Shown one piece after another: positions 40,033-52,920 of a DNA stretch of 64,000 nt (the stretch's first letter is position 1; each line of letters opens with the position of its first letter). Below the pieces are notes generated by a model. It was given only the letters and a program-made list of their open reading frames with translations, was not told where the DNA came from and made no database searches. This DNA comes from Lama guanicoe (lineage: Eukaryota). The position numbers and the translations under genes were made by a program. Where the stretch lies: assembly GCA_013239625.1 (NCBI GenBank), contig MU056050.1:6465715-6529714 (forward strand), in the 5' to 3' direction.

Positions 40033-41506
40033 GGTTATATCTATGTGCCTTTCTATGATTCATGCCCAATCATCCAACATTTACATTAATCCAGCTCAGA
40101 GTTTTTAAGATATTCAAGCATGGGAGGGCACCTGGCATTGTGCCTGGCACGGAGTAGACACTCAATCAAAGCTGGTGGCATTGAATTCTAAATGCTTTGC
40201 CTATGAGTCTCTTCAGGTGTAAAACCATGCTAGTGACTGGTCAAGGGATTGACCAAGGCATAAGCCTTTCCTCTAATGAGTTTACAGTCTGTTGTGGCCC
40301 CTCTACCCTCCAGGAAATAACTCCCCCGCTAATTCCACCCATAGAGGTTATTCCATGTTAAGCATTAGCCTTTCCAGACATTCTCTTTTTTCTAGGCAAA
40401 CTCCCTGGGAGTGGCTGGCCATTTGGTCACTGACCCCTCAGTGTTTCTCAGACGCTTTCCCCAGGTGCAGTAAGCATAGCCTCTAACCTGTGAGTTGTTC
40501 CAGGACAAGGACCTCACCTGTATCATTCTTCCAGCATCTCTCATGGCTGCTGGTCCAGTTCTTGGCACAGAATGGGCACTTGATACAAGTTTGCTGAATA
40601 GAATAAAGAACGCATGGAGGCCCCAATTGGACCCAGTCCACGCAGGTCGCCAACCTCCCCATCACGCCTGGCTCAGAGCCTCCAATCCCAGACTCTGGTC
40701 AGGGTTGCCCACTTGGGGACTTTGGAAGGGCATGAGGGTGTTTCTACATTCACCTGTGATTCCTGCCCCAAAGTTTTGGCAAAGTGGCTCCAGGAATGTA
40801 CAGGGACTCCCATGCTCCACACCCTCCTTCTGAGCCTCACCACTTTCTTAAATAAATTGGCACTGACCCTGGTGACAGACTTGATCATTTTCCTTTGCTC
40901 TGTGATTGTGTTAAGCGACTGCCAAAGGCCAGTTCCTGAAGAGTCAGCACATTCCTCAGGAGGCAGGGGGAGCCCATCTGCTCCCCCAGCGCTTCCTTTC
41001 CTTTATTGTGCTATTTTGGCTTCGATATCCCCTTTGGACAGGAGCATCTTCCAGCCGGTGGGGAAGGGGAAAGGGTGGGGAGGAGCAGCACGGTCTTCCT
41101 CCGTTTCTCACTCATCTGCCTGGTTTCTCTGGAACTAAATCAACAATAATCATACTACGTGCGAGGCGCTGCTCTCCGCTCTCCACATGTGTTCATGCAG
41201 TTAATCCTTACAATAGTGAGGAAAGGTACAAATCTTAGCTCCATTTTCCAGACGGGGAAACTGAGGCACAGAGAGGTGAAGTCACTTGCCCCAGGCCACA
41301 CAATCTGTACTAGAGCGAGTACCAGACCCAGGCAGGTCTGACTCTGGAGGCTGACTTCTTTCTCATGGGCTCTGCCATCTTACAGGGCTTAGATTCTTGA
41401 GGCTCTGGATCTGGGCCCAGTGGTACTTGAGGCTATGGCCTCTTTTCCTCTTTTCTGTCTATCAGCAGGACCTAAGGTCACGTGCATTAAAAATGAAATT
41501 CTTTGT

Positions 41507-41645
41507 GGGGAGGGTTTAGCTCAGCAGTAGAGTGCACGCTTACCCTGCACAAGGTCCTGGGTTCAGTCCCCAGTACCTCCATTAAAATGAATAAACCTAA
41601 TTACCCTCCCCCACCCCCCAAAAATAAATTAAAAAAACAATTTAA
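41507..41645 (+). mobile_element. tRNA-derived SINE (camelid Vic-1 type) with 17-bp TSD
   Basis: GGGGAGGGTTTAGCTCAGCAGTAGAG...GGGTTCAGTCCCCAGTACCTCC; TSD aaaaatgaaattctttg at 41489-41505 and 41646-41662. Confidence 0.9.
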
Positions 41646-41668
41646 AAAAATGAAATTCTTTGCATAGC

Positions 41669-42405
41669 CATTATGCCATTGTACACTATGCCATTATGGA
41701 AAACAGTATGGAGATTCCTTAAAAAACTGAAAATAGACTTACCCTATGATCCAGCAAACCCACTCCCGGGCATATATCCAGAGGGAACTCTAGTTCAAAA
41801 AGATATATGCACCCCAATGTTCATAGCAGCACTATTTACCATAGCCAAGACATGGAAGCAACCTAAATGTCCATCGACAGATAACTGGATAAAGAAGTTG
41901 TGGTGTGTATATATATGTATATACATATATAGTGGACTACTACTCAGCCATAAAAAAGAATGAAATAATGCTTTTTGCAGCAACGTGGATGGACCTGGAG
42001 ATCATCATACTAAGTGAAGTAAGCCAGAAAGAGAAAGAGAAATAACATATGATATCACTTATATGTGGAATCTAAAAAAAAAGGACACAAACTTATTTAT
42101 AAAACAGAGACAGAGTCACAGACATAGAAAACAAACTATAGTTACTGGGGGTAGGGAAAGGTGGGGAGGATAAATTGGGAGTTCGGGATTTGTAGATACT
42201 AACTACTATATATAAAACAGATAAACAACAAGGTCCAACTGTATAACACAGGAAACTATATTCAGTACCTTGTAATGACCTATAATGAAAAAGAATATGA
42301 AAAGGAATATACATATATGTATAACTGAATCACTATGCTGTACACCAGAAATTAACACAACATTGTAAACCAAGTATACTTCAAATTAAAAAAAAAAAAG
42401 AAAAA
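41669..42405 (+). mobile_element. 5'-truncated L1 (ORF2 C-terminus plus 3' UTR)
   Basis: PLWKTVWRFLKKLKIDLPYDPA...TWKQPKCPS; poly-A tail; imperfect TSD tgaaatt(c/a)ttt(g/a)catagc. Confidence 0.92.
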
Positions 42406-45400
42406 CCCTGAAATTATTTACATAGCAAAAGATGTTCCCCATCCTTTGGCAATGACCCACTTGTTTAATGTTTGAACTCCCAGATTCTAAGCCAACAGGA
42501 GAATGTAGATTCTAGGGTTAGTTGCAAGGGCTGATGTAATCATGCAAAACAGCTGCCAGGAACTGAGTACTCACTGTGTGCTCTTCTTTTCATGTGGTAC
42601 ATCACTGATGTCTCAAAGGAAACCTAAAGTCGGTTGCAGAGAGGGACAGAGGCTCAAAGAGCTCCCAGAGAGCCGCAGACCGATTCATTGCTGCAGTAGA
42701 TGTTAAATAGCTAGGTGGTCCTTTCTGGGTGTCAGGCATTGTCTAAACACTCTCCTGTATTAATTCATTTGATCCTCACAACAACCCCAGGAAGTAGGTA
42801 CCATGATTACCTCTCTATCCCTATCTCACAGATGAAGCAACTGGGGTATAGAGAGGTCAAGTAACTTGCCCAAGGTCACAAGCCAGGAAGCAGTAGATAT
42901 GGGATTTGAAGCGAGAGTGTTGATTTAGACTGTTGGATCGCTGATGTACATTCTTTGCCACTACACTATATTACCTCTTGGCATGGAGGTCATTTCAGGG
43001 CCACTGAGGTGCTTTGTTACCATAACCCCATCTATCCCTTCTTTTCCAGGTTGCTCTGCTATTCCAGATGGACTTGATCTTCCCAATAACTATAACTGGA
43101 GGCTCTGGAGTTAGTCTTCGATTCAAATTACAGCTCTGTAACTCACAAGCTGTGCAACTTCTGTTTCTCTCTGTGCCTCAGTTTCCTGATCTGTACAGTG
43201 GGGATAATCATGGTTATGACCTCACTGGGTGGTTGTGGGCATTTAGGTCACCACCACCTCCTCTTCTCCAGGCCAGCCCCAGCATCCTGCAGGGGGAAAT
43301 GGTGCTTCACGCCCTTGGACTTATCAGTCTCACCTTCCGTGTCTGTCTCTTCCTGTCTCAAATGAAAGGCAGCCTTCAGTTACAGATTCCCTAGGCTTTT
43401 CAGAACTTGGTGATTACAATTCCTCCCAGGAGATCAGAGAAACCCATTTCCCTCACATTCTAAGCAGGAATTCTATTGTCATTTGGTAACTCAAACATGT
43501 CCAAGGTGACCCAGCCCATCTCCTTTCCTCCCCACCCTCACTATAGGCAGAGAAAAGGCAGCTTCCCTGAAACATACTCCAGCAGCATCTCATGGCCAGA
43601 GTCTCCCAGAGAGATGTTCATAGCAAAGTCACCTATTTCAAATAGTGATTTGGAATCTCAGAACTCCTTACTACGCCAGTGACTATAGAAGTGACCCTTT
43701 TCTTCTTGCCTTCTTTACAGAAAGTGTTTAAGTACTGGGCAGGGAATAGAAATCATCCAGTATCTTTCCCCACCTTCCTAAATGTCTTTGTCCTCTAATT
43801 CCAGTCTCCTCCAGCTGTCTAGTGTCTTGTGTCTCAAGCTCCAGTGGGGTAGAGCATCAGGCTACCTATAAGCAGGCAGTCAGCATTGGAAAAGGAAGGC
43901 CTCTTCCCTTAGTTCTTCATCCACAGGCTGAACCCTATCCCTGACCACTGACTGTCCTTAATCACATTCACAGCCTAAGTATACAATTGCAGAATGAGGT
44001 AACTTGAACCTAAAGAGGTAAAGTGGTCAGTAACACACAGAACCAATCCTCCATCCCAGCCATATATTGACCATGAATTTCAGCCCATGTTTTTTAGCCA
44101 TGAAGGACAAGATTACAAGCATGTGGATGTATCTGTTCAAAGGGATCCCTATTACTAAGGTTCCAACTCAAGAACAGGTGAGTGGACCACACATCTTTGT
44201 CTCTGAGGGGGAACCCACTGTTCCAGTTTTCCCAGAGTGCTGGGGCTGTTAAAAAGTGTTCTTTCCTAGGAAGAGTGATTTCTATGATGAAAGAAATCAA
44301 TAAATTGCTATTGAATGCAGTCCAACCTCACTTACTCAAACTAATTGGAGGTAGCCCTTCAAATTAGTGAACCATTTGTATTGTAGGTTACTTGTAAAGA
44401 AATGAAGCTTTATTGCTTTGAATAATTCACAGTAATTCCAAGTAGGCTAACAAATTGAAGCCTAATCGAGGTCTTGGGAGACTTGCTTTAATGAAATGGA
44501 AAGACTTCCCAGCATCAATCATTTGTACGCAAATGGTGCTGCCAAAGGAGTGACAAAGTCTGCTGCCTTAAAGTACGGAGACTCAGTGCATGGAGCCCAC
44601 TTATTCAGACGACTCTTCCTGCTGAGAGTGGGCAAAGTCAGGCCAGGTAGGGCCCAAGCCATCCCCACTTGGTACTCATGTAACGTCTTCTAATGAAGTT
44701 TTACTGTAAAAGGAAACGATCGAAGAGTGACCTTAGAAGTAGCAGGTGCAATCCATCCACTGATGGAATAAAAGATGGTTTTGGAATACTGTCATTTCCT
44801 TTCTTTTTTTTTTTCCTGAGAAGACATTAAGGGAAAAAAGTTACCAACGCAAGTCAAGTACCTCAGTGCTTTGTCAAAACCCGGAACAAACATTAAGAGG
44901 AAAAAAATCTGAAGGTCGAGGAAGGGAAATAAACAAGAAGAGTAAGTAAAGCATGAATCATCCACTACCACCTGATGGATCCTCAAAAATAAAAATAAAA
45001 CAGTGGAAGGAAATAGAGTCCAGACCACAGTTTGGCATTTTGCTAGCGGACCTGGCACAGAGTCTGTGCCCTTTTATTTCACAGAAGGAACTGACCTTTG
45101 GCTTCTGACTTGGATTGCCTTTTCCTCAAGGCCTCACAGAGCAGAGTTAGATGATGCTTGCCCGTAGCACCGGTACCCAGCTCTCTCCTGAACAATGGGA
45201 GTGGAGACAAGAGAAGTGCATCTTATTTGCATCGATTTAATTACTTACGCCTTATTTCCCAAAGACTTTAGGTGTCTTACAACAGTAAAATTATGATAAA
45301 ATAGAGACAGAGAGTCAGGACCAGGGTAAATATCAATAGAACTTTTGAAAACTCAAGTGTGAAAATCCCTCAAGGCCATATTGTATTGCACTTCAGGGGG

Positions 45401-47200
45401 CTAAAAAGAGCAGAGTTGGGATTCAACCCAGCTCAGTGTAGTGGACCATCTTCTGAAAGAGCACAGGCTTCCCAGAGGGACCTTCTATAATTGTGATCTT
45501 GGGTCAGATAATCTCACTCCTCTGAGCCTCAGTTTCTTCATCTGAATGATAAGCCTAATAAATATCTATTTCATAGAAGATTCCAGGGGGTGATGTCTAT
45601 AAACCACTGAGCCCCACTGTCTGGTAGAGAATGCATGCTCAATAAATGGAAGCTATGAGAACCAATATGAAGACAGCCTCACATTAGGCAATACAAAGCT
45701 TTTGCCCATGATGGCTCTCATTTGATTCTCACACCAGCCAGGACTTGGGCCCAGGATCACAGAGAAGGGAGAGAAGAGAAAGCAGGGAGGCTTTAAGGAA
45801 ATCTTCCTGCAGGAGATGGTTCTTCGGGACGGGTGGGACTCATGGAAATGAAAGTGCGGTACAGATGAGGAATGAAAGAGCAGTGGAGAGGGACAGTAAG
45901 AAGACCCTCTCTACTAGCCCAGGGGAACACGTAGGAAATGAGGAGGGCAGGGAGGATAGGGGAGGATTATGGAATTGCTTGACTCTGGCCAGATGGTGAA
46001 GGAATTTGGACCCCATTTGACAGGAAATGGGAGTCATTGAAAATTTTTGAGCAGGTTGAGCAGGGGAAGGATGTGACATGTTGAAAGGGATGTTTTCATG
46101 GGACCCAAGGGAGAGAGAGATGGCAAGAACTCAAGCTGAGGCAGTGGGGATGGAGAAGACAGGCAATGCCCTATTCCATTTGGGGGAGCTTGAGAGGGAA
46201 TGACATGCGATCGACATGCCTCCCATCTGGACTCAAAATTCCATGAGGGCAGGGACCGTGCTCATCATGGCACCCCAGGATCTAGCATAGCGTTTGGCAC
46301 ATAGTCTGTGCTTAGCAAGTGTTGAATGAATAAATGAATGAATGCGTTCCTGCATACCTCCATGCAAATACTTAATAAACATGAGAATGGTTGTTTGGCC
46401 AACAATAAGCAATAGTACAAAGAAAACAAAATAGGTGACTGTCTAAAAAAATCCCATTGCTTTAACCAGATTCCTTTCACTGTCCCTGGACCTACCCTGA
46501 CAGTCTGACCTAGGAAAGTGTCCCAGGAGAGAGTCAGAGCAGGCTGAGAAAGAAGCCATATAAAGCAGAACATGTATAGACATTAATACTCTGTAGGAAT
46601 CACACCAAATACACATTCCCCAGACAGTTCATGCAATACGGGAACATCACAAAGCAAGTGAATTACAGATGAGAGGAGATTTTTTTAATGAGGATATTTA
46701 CCTTACAAAAGAATTAACTGAAAACTCTCTTAAAGTAGCAAACTGCCTTGTTATTATACTTAAGACCAGGATTTGACTTACTAAAATTGGATTTCCATCC
46801 AAGACAATGTAGAATAATAATAGAAAGCCCTGACTGGGGAGGCTGGAGACCTAACCTTGGTCTAGGCGAGTAGTAGAATGAGGTGGTTAATAGCACAGGC
46901 CTGAGAATCAGGCTGCCTGGGTTTACATCCTGGCTGCACCTTGGGCAAATGGCTTAGCCTTTCTGAGCTTCAGTTTCCTGATCTGTAAAATGTGATAATA
47001 AAACATCTGATTCTGCCTCCTAAGGTTATTGTGAGGGTTAAGTGAGGTGATGTATGTAGGTGTTCAGCAGTACCTGTAGGGTCTCAGTGAGTGCTGACTT
47101 CTACTTTGAATCTTGACTCTATAACCTTAGACAAGTCATTTCCCCTCTCTGGGTTTTGGTTTCATCATAAGCCTGAGGCTTCTTTCCTCTGTACTTTAGG

Positions 47201-47307
47201 GTGCTCGCTTTGGCAGCACATATACTAAAATTGGAATGATACAGAGAAGATTAGCATGGCCCCTGAGCAAGGATGACACACAAATTCATAAAGTGTTCCA
47301 TATATTT
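47201..47307 (+). pseudogene. RNU6: Full-length U6 snRNA retropseudogene (5' part of a U6/L1 chimera)
   Basis: GTGCTCGCTTTGGCAGCACATATACTAAAATTGG...ACAGAGAAGATTAGCATGGCCCCTG...GTTCCATATATTT. About 8 differences from the recalled U6 sequence, 6 of them at CpG. No PSE/TATA upstream; fused directly to an L1 3' end. Confidence 0.95.
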
Positions 47308-47485
47308 AAACAATAAAATCCTACAGTATGGCACAAGGAACTATGCTCAATACCTTGTTATAACCTAGTAATGAAAAAGAATGTGTGTGTATGTATAGAT
47401 ATAGATATGACTGAATCACTATGCTGTACAGCAGAAAATAACACACCATTATAAATCAACAATACTCCAATTAGAAAAAAAAGAA
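47308..47485 (+). mobile_element. L1 3' UTR end fused to U6
   Basis: Homologous to other L1 3' ends in the window (gcacaaggaactatgctcaatacc...gactgaatcactatgctgtaca); A-rich tail. Confidence 0.88.
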
Positions 47486-48902
47486 ATGCAATGTACCTTA
47501 GGAATATGGTCCCTGTCTATACTACAAATTCATCATTGAACACACATAAAGGTTTTTCCACCCTCTAGGGAACTGGAAACTCCCAGTTGATAACTCTGCC
47601 CTTAGAAGGACCATTGGAACGCCAAGAAAAGTGAGAAGGCCCAAATACACACAAGACTAGGATAAATGCATTTTCCTTAATATACTTTGCAAACATCCCA
47701 ACTCATTCACTCAGTTTCCACCCCTAAAGTCTAGCCCCTTTGGCCCCTCACAAGCGGCCCTACTTCCTTAATTGTCTTCATCCCAAACCCTAAGGGAGAG
47801 GGGTCCCAAGAGCGCTTCTCTTCTCTGAACAGCTTCCCCAGCCCACCTGCATTTGGAATTAGGACCCTGAGTTCTTCCTTTAGGTTTCTCTTCCCCACCC
47901 CCACTCCAACCCAGGGAACTGCGATAGAACCGACCTCTGCTGCCCTCTGCTGTCTGGCTCCAGACATGCTGGCTCCAGTTGGACGAGTGAAGTCAGTTCC
48001 TCCAGCCCCGAGCTGCCACCCGACCTCAGGAATACAATGCTGATGTCTTTTGCAACACTTGCACTCAACCCTAATCAACACAAATGCACACACATAGTCT
48101 TTCCTGTTCAGATCCGATGACATTCCTAAGCCACAGCTAGTGTGGTCCGTGAGTTTGGAGCTATTGTCTTCAGCAAAGAAGGCAGGCTGCTAGAGCCAGC
48201 CATGTTCCCATCTAAGCCTCCTTCTTGAACATTCCACAATCATTTACTGAGCATGAGTATTTGCTGGGTGCAGGGCACTACATTAAATGTTGTACATGTG
48301 TTATCTTAATGACCCTTGGCAACAACTTTGCAAGTAGGTAAAACTATTATGATGATCCATTTTATAGATGGAGAAACTGAGACTCAGAGAAGTAAATGTC
48401 TTGCATAAGGTCACAGAGCCAGAAAGTGGCAGAGACGTGACAATTGCCACAAACCCTAACTGGTTTGTCTGCCTCTACTCTGTTCCCTCCAAACTAACCT
48501 CCACACCATGGCTAGCGTTTTGAGAACCCAGAGTTTGGAGCTGCTCTAGCAGGTTGCCTTCTTCACTGAAAGAAACAGCTCCAAAGTCATGGACCACAGC
48601 AGCTGTGGCTTGAGTATGTCAGGTCTGAATACAGAAGACTGTATGTGCATTTGTGTTGATTAGAGGAGAGTGCAGATGTTGTAGGAGACAACCACAATGA
48701 TCTGTAGATATATTTAGGGGGTGGATTTGACCAAATATAGTGACTGATTGAATATGAGGGCAGCAGAGAGGGAGGCTCTGAAATGACTGTCAGAATTCTG
48801 GGTTAGGCAACTGGGAGGCTAGGGATGCCAATCATGGAGTTAAGAACATGGGAGATCATTGAATGAAGAAGATATTGGGGTCTAAGAGAAATGAAGAGAT
48901 CA

Positions 48903-49872
48903 CTCAATAAGAAAAAAATAAACAACCCAATCCAAAAATGGGCAGAAGACCTAAACAAGCAACTCTCTAAGGAAGACATACAAATGATCAAAAAGCACAT
49001 GAAAAAATGTTCAATATCACTAATTATCAGAGAAATGCAAATCAAAACTACAGTGAGGGTATCACCTCACGCCAGTCAGAATGGCCGTCATTCAAAAATC
49101 CACAAATGACAAATGCTGGAGAGGCTGTGGAGAAAGGGGAACCCTCCTACACTGCTGGTGGGAATGCAGTTTGGTGCAGCCACTGTGGAAAACAATGTGG
49201 AGATTCCTCAAAAGACTAGGAATAGACTTACCAGATGACCCAGGAATCCCACTCCTGGGCTTGTACCCAGAAGGAAATCTACTTCAGGATGACACCTGCA
49301 CCCCAATGTTCATAGCAGCACTATTTACAATAGCCAAAACATGGAAACAGCCTAAATGTCCATCAACAGGTGACTGGATAAAGAAGAAGTGGTATATTTA
49401 TACAATGGAATACTACTCAGCCATAAAAACTGACAACATAATGCCATTTGCAGCAACATGGATGCTCCTGGAGAATGTCATTCTAAGTGAAGTAAGCCAG
49501 AAAGAGAAAGAAAAATACCATATGAGATCGCTCATATGTGGAATCTAAAAAACAAAAACAAACAAACAAACAAAAACAAAGCATAAATACAGGACAGAAA
49601 TAGACTCATGGACAGAGAATACAGACTTGTGGTTACCAGGGGGGTAGAGGGTGGGAAGGGATAGACTGGGATTTCAAAATTGTAGAATAGATAAACAAGA
49701 TTACACTGTATAGCACAGGGAAATATACACAAAATGTTATGATAAATCACAGAGAAAAAAATGTGACAATGAGTGTGTATATGTCCATGAATGACTGAAA
49801 AATTGTGCTGAACACTGGAATTTGACACAACACTGTAAAATGATTATAAATCAATAAAAAATGTTAAAAAAA
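48903..49872 (+). mobile_element. Young 5'-truncated L1 (ORF2 C-terminal CCHC region plus 3' UTR)
   Basis: Intact ORF 49081-49548 ([18 protein letters not shown]...RSLICGI), AATAAA and A tail. Confidence 0.95.
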
Positions 49873-50545
49873 TGGAAAATAACAAGTGTTGGCAAGGCTG
49901 TGAAGAAATTGAAACCCTCATACATTGCTGGTAGGAATATAAAGTGGTATGGAACACAGTTTGGTGATTCCTCAAAAAGTTAAACATAAAATTACCATAT
50001 GGCCCAGCAATTCCACTCCTTGGTATATACCCCAAAGAACTGAAAACAGGTGGTGAAACAAAAACTTCTGTTTGGATGTTCATAGCAACACTCTTCACAA
50101 TGGTCAGATGGTGGAAACAGCTCAAATTTCTATCGATGGATGAATGGATGTTGTATCCATGCAATGAAATATTATTCAGCCATAAAACGAATGAAGTACA
50201 GATACAAGCTACAACTTGGATGAACCCTGAAACTATGTTAAATGAAAGAAACCAGACACAAAAGGTCATATAGTGTATGATTCCATTTGTATGAAATTTC
50301 CAGAATAAGTAAATCTACAGAGACAGAAAGTGGATTAGTGGTTGCCAAGTTTGGGAAGAAGAGAGGGAGGGATGGGGTGTGGGTGTGGGGTTTCATTTTG
50401 GAGTGATGGAAATGTTTTGAACTAGATAAAGGTGACGGTTGCACAATATTGCAAATGTACTAAATGTCACTGAATCATTCACTTTAAAATGGTGAATTTT
50501 ATGTTATGTGAATGTCACCTCAACCCCCCTCCAAGAAAAGAAAAA
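49873..50545 (+). mobile_element. Older L1 (L1MB-like) 3' end
   Basis: aataacaagtgttggcaagg...gaaagaaaccagacacaaaaggtcatatagtgtatgattcc. Confidence 0.8.
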
Positions 50546-50789
50546 GAATATTCTAACAAACAAGGTAGGAACTGTATTGCCTTTTCTGATCTCTTCTCAG
50601 AAACCACATGGTGTCACTTTCACCATATGCTTGCTATTGGCCAAAATAATCACAAAAAGCTGCCCAGGTTCAAAGTCCCCCAGTCTCAGTGGGAGAACAC
50701 CCAAAACTCATTGCTGACTCAAAGAAGAGCAGCTGTAGTGGAGTGGTAGGGGCCAAAATCAGGCCACAGTGGATGAAGATGAGGATGGA

Positions 50790-52160
50790 AAACTTGACCA
50801 AAGTGCCTAAAATACCTGAATCAATGAGAAGATGTAGTATGTTTCAGAATTAAAAGATTGTCTTATAAAGATAGAATTCTCCCCAGATTAACCAGTCCAT
50901 TTAATGCAGTCTCAACTCAAATCATGACATAGATCTTTATAGGACTTGAGGAGCTGATCTTGAGATCATCTAGAGAAGAAAATCTGCAATTATGACAAAG
51001 AAGTATTTGAAAAGAGGTGGTGGAGGGGAGAAGGCTTGCACTACCAGCTCTCAAAATACAACACAGACTATAGTAATGAAAAGAGTGTGATGCTGGCACA
51101 GTAACAAACAGATCAATGGAACAAAACAGAATGTCTAGTACAGTAGTACAGCCCCATGTATATGTGAAAATATAATACACACTAAATAAGGCATTGCACA
51201 TCAATGAGGAAAGCTATGCTGGTCAATTGAGACAATTCTCAAATTGAGGGAAGAAAACCACAATACTGTCGGATTTGTACTTCTTATATCCAAACATAAA
51301 TTCCAGATGGAATCATGAGCTATAAACACACATGCACTCACACAAAATAATCTAAAACTCTATAAGAAAATATGGGATAGTATTTCCTTTTCAAGTAAGT
51401 CACAAATCCTAGAAATTATAAAATAGTACCTTGATAGATTTTTTTGATTACATAAAAAAATTTAAGTCTCTGAAATTAAAAACAAAGCTAAAAGGGAGAA
51501 AATATTTGTGGTACATAAATACATGCCATATGTCAAACTGATAATGGAGGAATATGCAAAATATATAAAGATCTCTTCTTTAAAATCAAGAAGAAAAAGA
51601 CAAACAATCCCATAGGAAAATGGGCCAAGGAAAGGAACAGGTACTCACTAGAGGGGAAGGGGGAGAGAGGGATAAATTAGGTGTTTGCGATTAACAGATA
51701 CACAGTGCTATATATAAAATAAACAACAAGGACCTACTGTATAGCACAGGGAACTATATTCAATACCTTGTAATAAACTATAATGAAAAAGAATCTGAAA
51801 AGAATATATATATATATGCGTAACTGAATCACTTTATGCCTGAAACTAACACAACATTATAAATCAACTATATTTCAATAAAATTTTTTTAAAGGAATAG
51901 GTATTCAGAAATGGAAAAAAATAAAAGGCAAGTGAAACATATAAAACATATCCAATCTTTACTAGCAATCAGATGAGCACAAATAAAAGAATGGGAGGCC
52001 AATTTTCACCCATCAAGTTGACAAAATTTGAAAACATTGATTAGATCCAGTGTTGATGAGGTTGTGGAAACAGTGAATTTCATACCCTGTTAGTAGGAGT
52101 GTGAACTGGTACAGATTTTCTTGGAGGGCAATTCAGCAGAATCTACTAAAGTGAAAAATG
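50790..52160 (+). mobile_element. Old L1 ORF2 remnant with a nested young L1 3' end (51648-51890)
   Basis: Degenerate ORF2 nucleotide motifs; nested insert has TSD aaaggaa(c/t)aggta(c/t)tca at 51631-51647 and 51891-51907. Confidence 0.7.
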
Positions 52161-52324
52161 GAAATAGGAAAGGGAACTAACCGAGGGCAAGTGAAAGGAT
52201 TGCCAGGCAGCATCAAGAGGCCCGCCGAGGTTGGACACCATGCATCTGGAGTGGCCCCAACCCACAGAGTTGTGACATTTTCTCCTATGGAGAAGACAGA
52301 TGATTCAAATGCCCTAGGGTTCAC

Positions 52325-52920
52325 TTAGTCATTCGACAAATATTTCCGAGTGCCAGGCAGTGTTCTGGGCTCTGGGATACAGCAGTAAACAAAGTAAACA
52401 GGGTCCCTGCTCTCATGGAGCTTGCATACTAGTGAGAGAGATGGACAAAAATAAGCAAATATATAATATAACATCAGGTAAATACTCTGAAGATAAATAA
52501 AGCAGAATAAGGGGATAAAGAATGACAGGGATGCTATTTAAATAATGAAATTAGGGAAGGCCTCTCTGCAGAGGTGACATTTGAACAGAAGTCTGAATAA
52601 AGTGGAGTAAGCCTTGTTCATATCTGGAAAAAGAGCATTCCTAGTAGTGGGAACAGAGTGTGCAAAGGCCCTGGGGTGGAAGCACCATTTACTTGAGGAT
52701 GGAGATTGGCAAGATGGAGGTACTGGAAGGACAAAGGGACAGAAGAGTTAAATGTGCTAGTAAAAGGAAGGTTGGAGTGATGGTTTACGCCATTTGAATC
52801 AAACAGAGAGGGAAGAGAGATCAGGGGATGCCAATAAATGGAGAGGAAGAGCATAGGGTAAGTGACAGGACATTTGGATGAGGTCAAAAAACAGGTGTAA
52901 TAGGAGTGAGTGAGGGAGGA
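52325..52920 (-). mobile_element. L2 fragment
   Basis: cattcgacaaatatttccgagtgccaggc...ccctgctctcatggagcttgcatactag, typical L2 3' region. Confidence 0.7.

Noticed and set aside
47201..47307. Functional U6 gene
   Set aside because: CpG-decay mutations, no upstream PSE/TATA, and fusion to L1.
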